Below are positions 61,620 through 64,000 of a DNA stretch of 64,000 nucleotides, piece after piece; position 1 is the stretch's first letter; every line of letters starts with the position of its first letter. The stretch covers positions 63,924,001 through 63,988,000 of the forward strand of contig NC_086097.1 of the NCBI RefSeq assembly GCF_963921235.1. The letters are read 5' to 3'. Position numbers and translations under genes: made by a program. This DNA comes from Mobula hypostoma (Eukaryota). Under the pieces are notes generated by a model, which was not told the origin of the DNA, ran no database searches, and saw nothing but the letters and a program-made list of their open reading frames with translations.

Positions 61620-62454
61620 CAGGTCCACAATCCCTTATCCGAAATCCTTGGGGGGCCAGTTGCATTTCGGAATTCAGAATTTTTTGGATTTCAGACCCCC
61701 CCCCCGCCACCGATACCAAAAAACACGTATGCTCAAGTTCCTTATTTAACCTGTCTCAGTGTGATGCACTTTAGGACCCAGCGGCGCACCAAACCTACGC
61801 ACATCCTCCCGTATACTTTAAATCATCTCTAGGTTACATAATACCTAATACAATGTACATGCTATGTAAATAATTGTTATACTGTATTGTTTAGGGAGTA
61901 ATGACAAGAAGAAATTTTATTTCCAACAAAAGCATTCAATAAAACATAAAAATATACAGCTTCAAACAAACCGAATCAAACACATGGTGAATGACTTATT
62001 GGAATAAATGTAGAACGTCACTGTCACTATAAAACTTCAGTAACTTGTCTTTCTGTTTATTTAAATCATATACAGTGGTAGTTCCGACACTATTTTCTTC
62101 AGTAAGACGCCGCGCAGACACACCACTATCAAGCTTCTGCAATAACTCCACTTTCTGCGTTATTGATAGAGAAGATTCCTTCTCTTTTTCTCATTGTTAC
62201 CCATGGGGGTATCTGCAGCTCTTTTTGACATTTTTTCACAGTGAAATTAAACACAAAGTCAACAGTGAACACAAAATATCAGCAACCAGCAAATGCACTT
62301 GTAACCAGTATGAGCGCTGAGCCACAACTGACATCTGGTGGCCTCTGCTAGTGCTGCCACGTCACACCTGAGTGATGTCAGCTGTTGGCGAAAAAAACTT
62401 CGGTTTTCGGAGCTTTTTAAATTTCAGAATTTTGGATAAAGGAATGTGCACCTG
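61620..62454 (-). mobile_element. Tigger/pogo-family non-autonomous DNA transposon
   Basis: TA flanks; imperfect TIRs caggtccacaatcccttatcc / ggataaaggaatgtgcacctg; transposase N-terminal HTH remnant MSKRAADTPMGN...QKVELLQKLDSGVS...YDLNKQKDKLLKFY. Confidence 0.82.
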
Positions 62455-63475
62455 TAGTAAGTTCTTTGAGCCAAGTTGAGAAAGGCACACATAAATGTAA
62501 ACACACACTACAGTTAAAATAGACATCAACATTCAATTCTATATGGTGCCTAGGAAATACTATAAAGTAAAGGACAGAGTTTCTCCCCACACCTTGTTTG
62601 GCACATCAAACAGCAACCTTGCTGTTTCTTTAGCGTTTTGTCTGGTTTACGAGGCTGAGTTGCTGGCTGGACACTCAACACCGCACCGATGGAGAGCATG
62701 CAAGGAGTCAGCCGGATTTGAACCTTGTTCCAAAGTCCGCATGCTAATACCACTGCACCACCGGCACAGGCTGGAAATACTATATGTCTAATTTATACTG
62801 TATAGAGAAAAATACTTTAACAGATAATTTCAGTTGCTGTATTCAGTATGGTGTATGTGGTTTATTTGTGTCCAAATATCCGGACCTGCCTCTCGGTTTT
62901 TTTGCACTACCTTACTTTCCATTTTTCTATTTTCTACTTATGATTTAGAATTTAAAATTTTAATATTTACTAATTTTTACTATTTTTACTATTTTTAATA
63001 TTTAATATTTGTAACCCAGGGAGTGGGAAGCGCAGAATCAAATATCGCTGTGATGTTTGTACGTTCTAGTATCAATAGTTTGGCGACAATAAAGTATAAA
63101 GTTTTATATGGGGTTGTACTCTTTCCAACAATCATCTATTGAATCAATTCTTAACTTGGATGCTGTTGCATATTAATTAGGCAAGCTAGACAGTTAAGAA
63201 CTACAGAGAGGTTAACAATGAGGTGTAGACTAGTGAAATTCCGTCAAGGGGTTACAGGTCTGTTAAGCAGCGTAGACAGTTTAAAATAGTTTGACCAGTG
63301 GGATGAAAGAAAGCTCTGCATTCCAGCCACGTGCAGAGTTGTGAATGGCAGGAGACGGTTGTGCAGAAGAAGAGAGAGCATCAAAGGAAAGAATAGTGAA
63401 TATGTTCATGCAACTTGAACACATCCCCATTCCTTAATCATTGTTAGATCCAAATCCTGGAACTCGATACCAACA

Positions 63476-63669
63476 CACATCAAAGTTGCTGGTGAACGCA
63501 GCAGGCCAGGCAGCATCTCTAGGAAGAGGTACTGTCGACATTTCGAGCAAGGGTCTTGGCCTGAAACGTCGACTGTACCTCTTCCTAGAGATGCTGCCTG
63601 GCCTGCTGTGTTAACCAGCAACTTTTATGTGTGTTGCTTGAAATTCCAGCATCTGCAGATTTCCTCGTG
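63476..63669. mobile_element. Palindromic Penelope-derived short element
   Basis: 14-bp TSD actcgataccaaca (63462-63475, 63670-63683); about 75-bp inverted arms. Confidence 0.8.
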
Positions 63670-64000
63670 ACTCGATACCAACAGCATTGTTTGAATACCT
63701 TCAGAAAGGAACTACAGTGATTAAGTATGGCAGCTCACCATTACCTTTTTGAGGGAAGTTGGAGATTGATGATATATGTTGGCCTTGCTTGTAGTATCCT
63801 TATCTTAAACATTGAGTAAATTTAATTGCTGTACTTTAAAATATATTTAAGTTATGGGCACTCTCACACTTGACTAAAGAAATCAGGCAGTAATTATTAT
63901 TAAGGGAATGCTCTCAACATTTTTTCCAGCATCTTTCAAGACATGGGTCATTAGAAGTCACCTATCACAGCCTCCTGGTGAGGTTGAGATGGCATGCTAA

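Noticed and set aside
59282..64000. Further PRORP exons
   Set aside because: No frame matching the expected LVLGRKHM-type motif was found; the remaining exons are presumably beyond the window.
1..64000. CRISPR array or prokaryotic operon
   Set aside because: This is a spliceosomal, TE-rich vertebrate locus with no regularly spaced repeat-spacer structure.

Overview
This is vertebrate nuclear DNA. The repeat landscape (abundant CR1, Rex/Babar, Penelope-like elements, V-domain tRNA SINEs) suggests a cartilaginous fish, probably a ray; that is inference. It holds the conserved FAM177A1 - PPP2R3C - PRORP (KIAA0391/MRPP3) block: the last 4 coding exons of FAM177A1 (+), all 13 coding exons of PPP2R3C (-; 1437 nt, 478 aa) and the first 4 coding exons of PRORP (+). 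PPP2R3C is head-to-head with PRORP and tail-to-tail with FAM177A1. Introns are filled with nested LINE, SINE and DNA-transposon remnants. The most unusual region is 57.2-59.1 kb, in a PRORP intron. It carries a 164-bp circularly permuted fragment of what looks like CYHR1/ZFTRAF1 exon 1, a possible integrated DNA circle. It also carries two near-identical 79-bp sense-strand copies of a minimal hammerhead ribozyme, one with an intact core. Further hammerhead-like motifs occur in Penelope-like repeats across the window. Gene and family names come from recalled sequences, not database searches; TE boundaries without a TSD or TIR are approximate.
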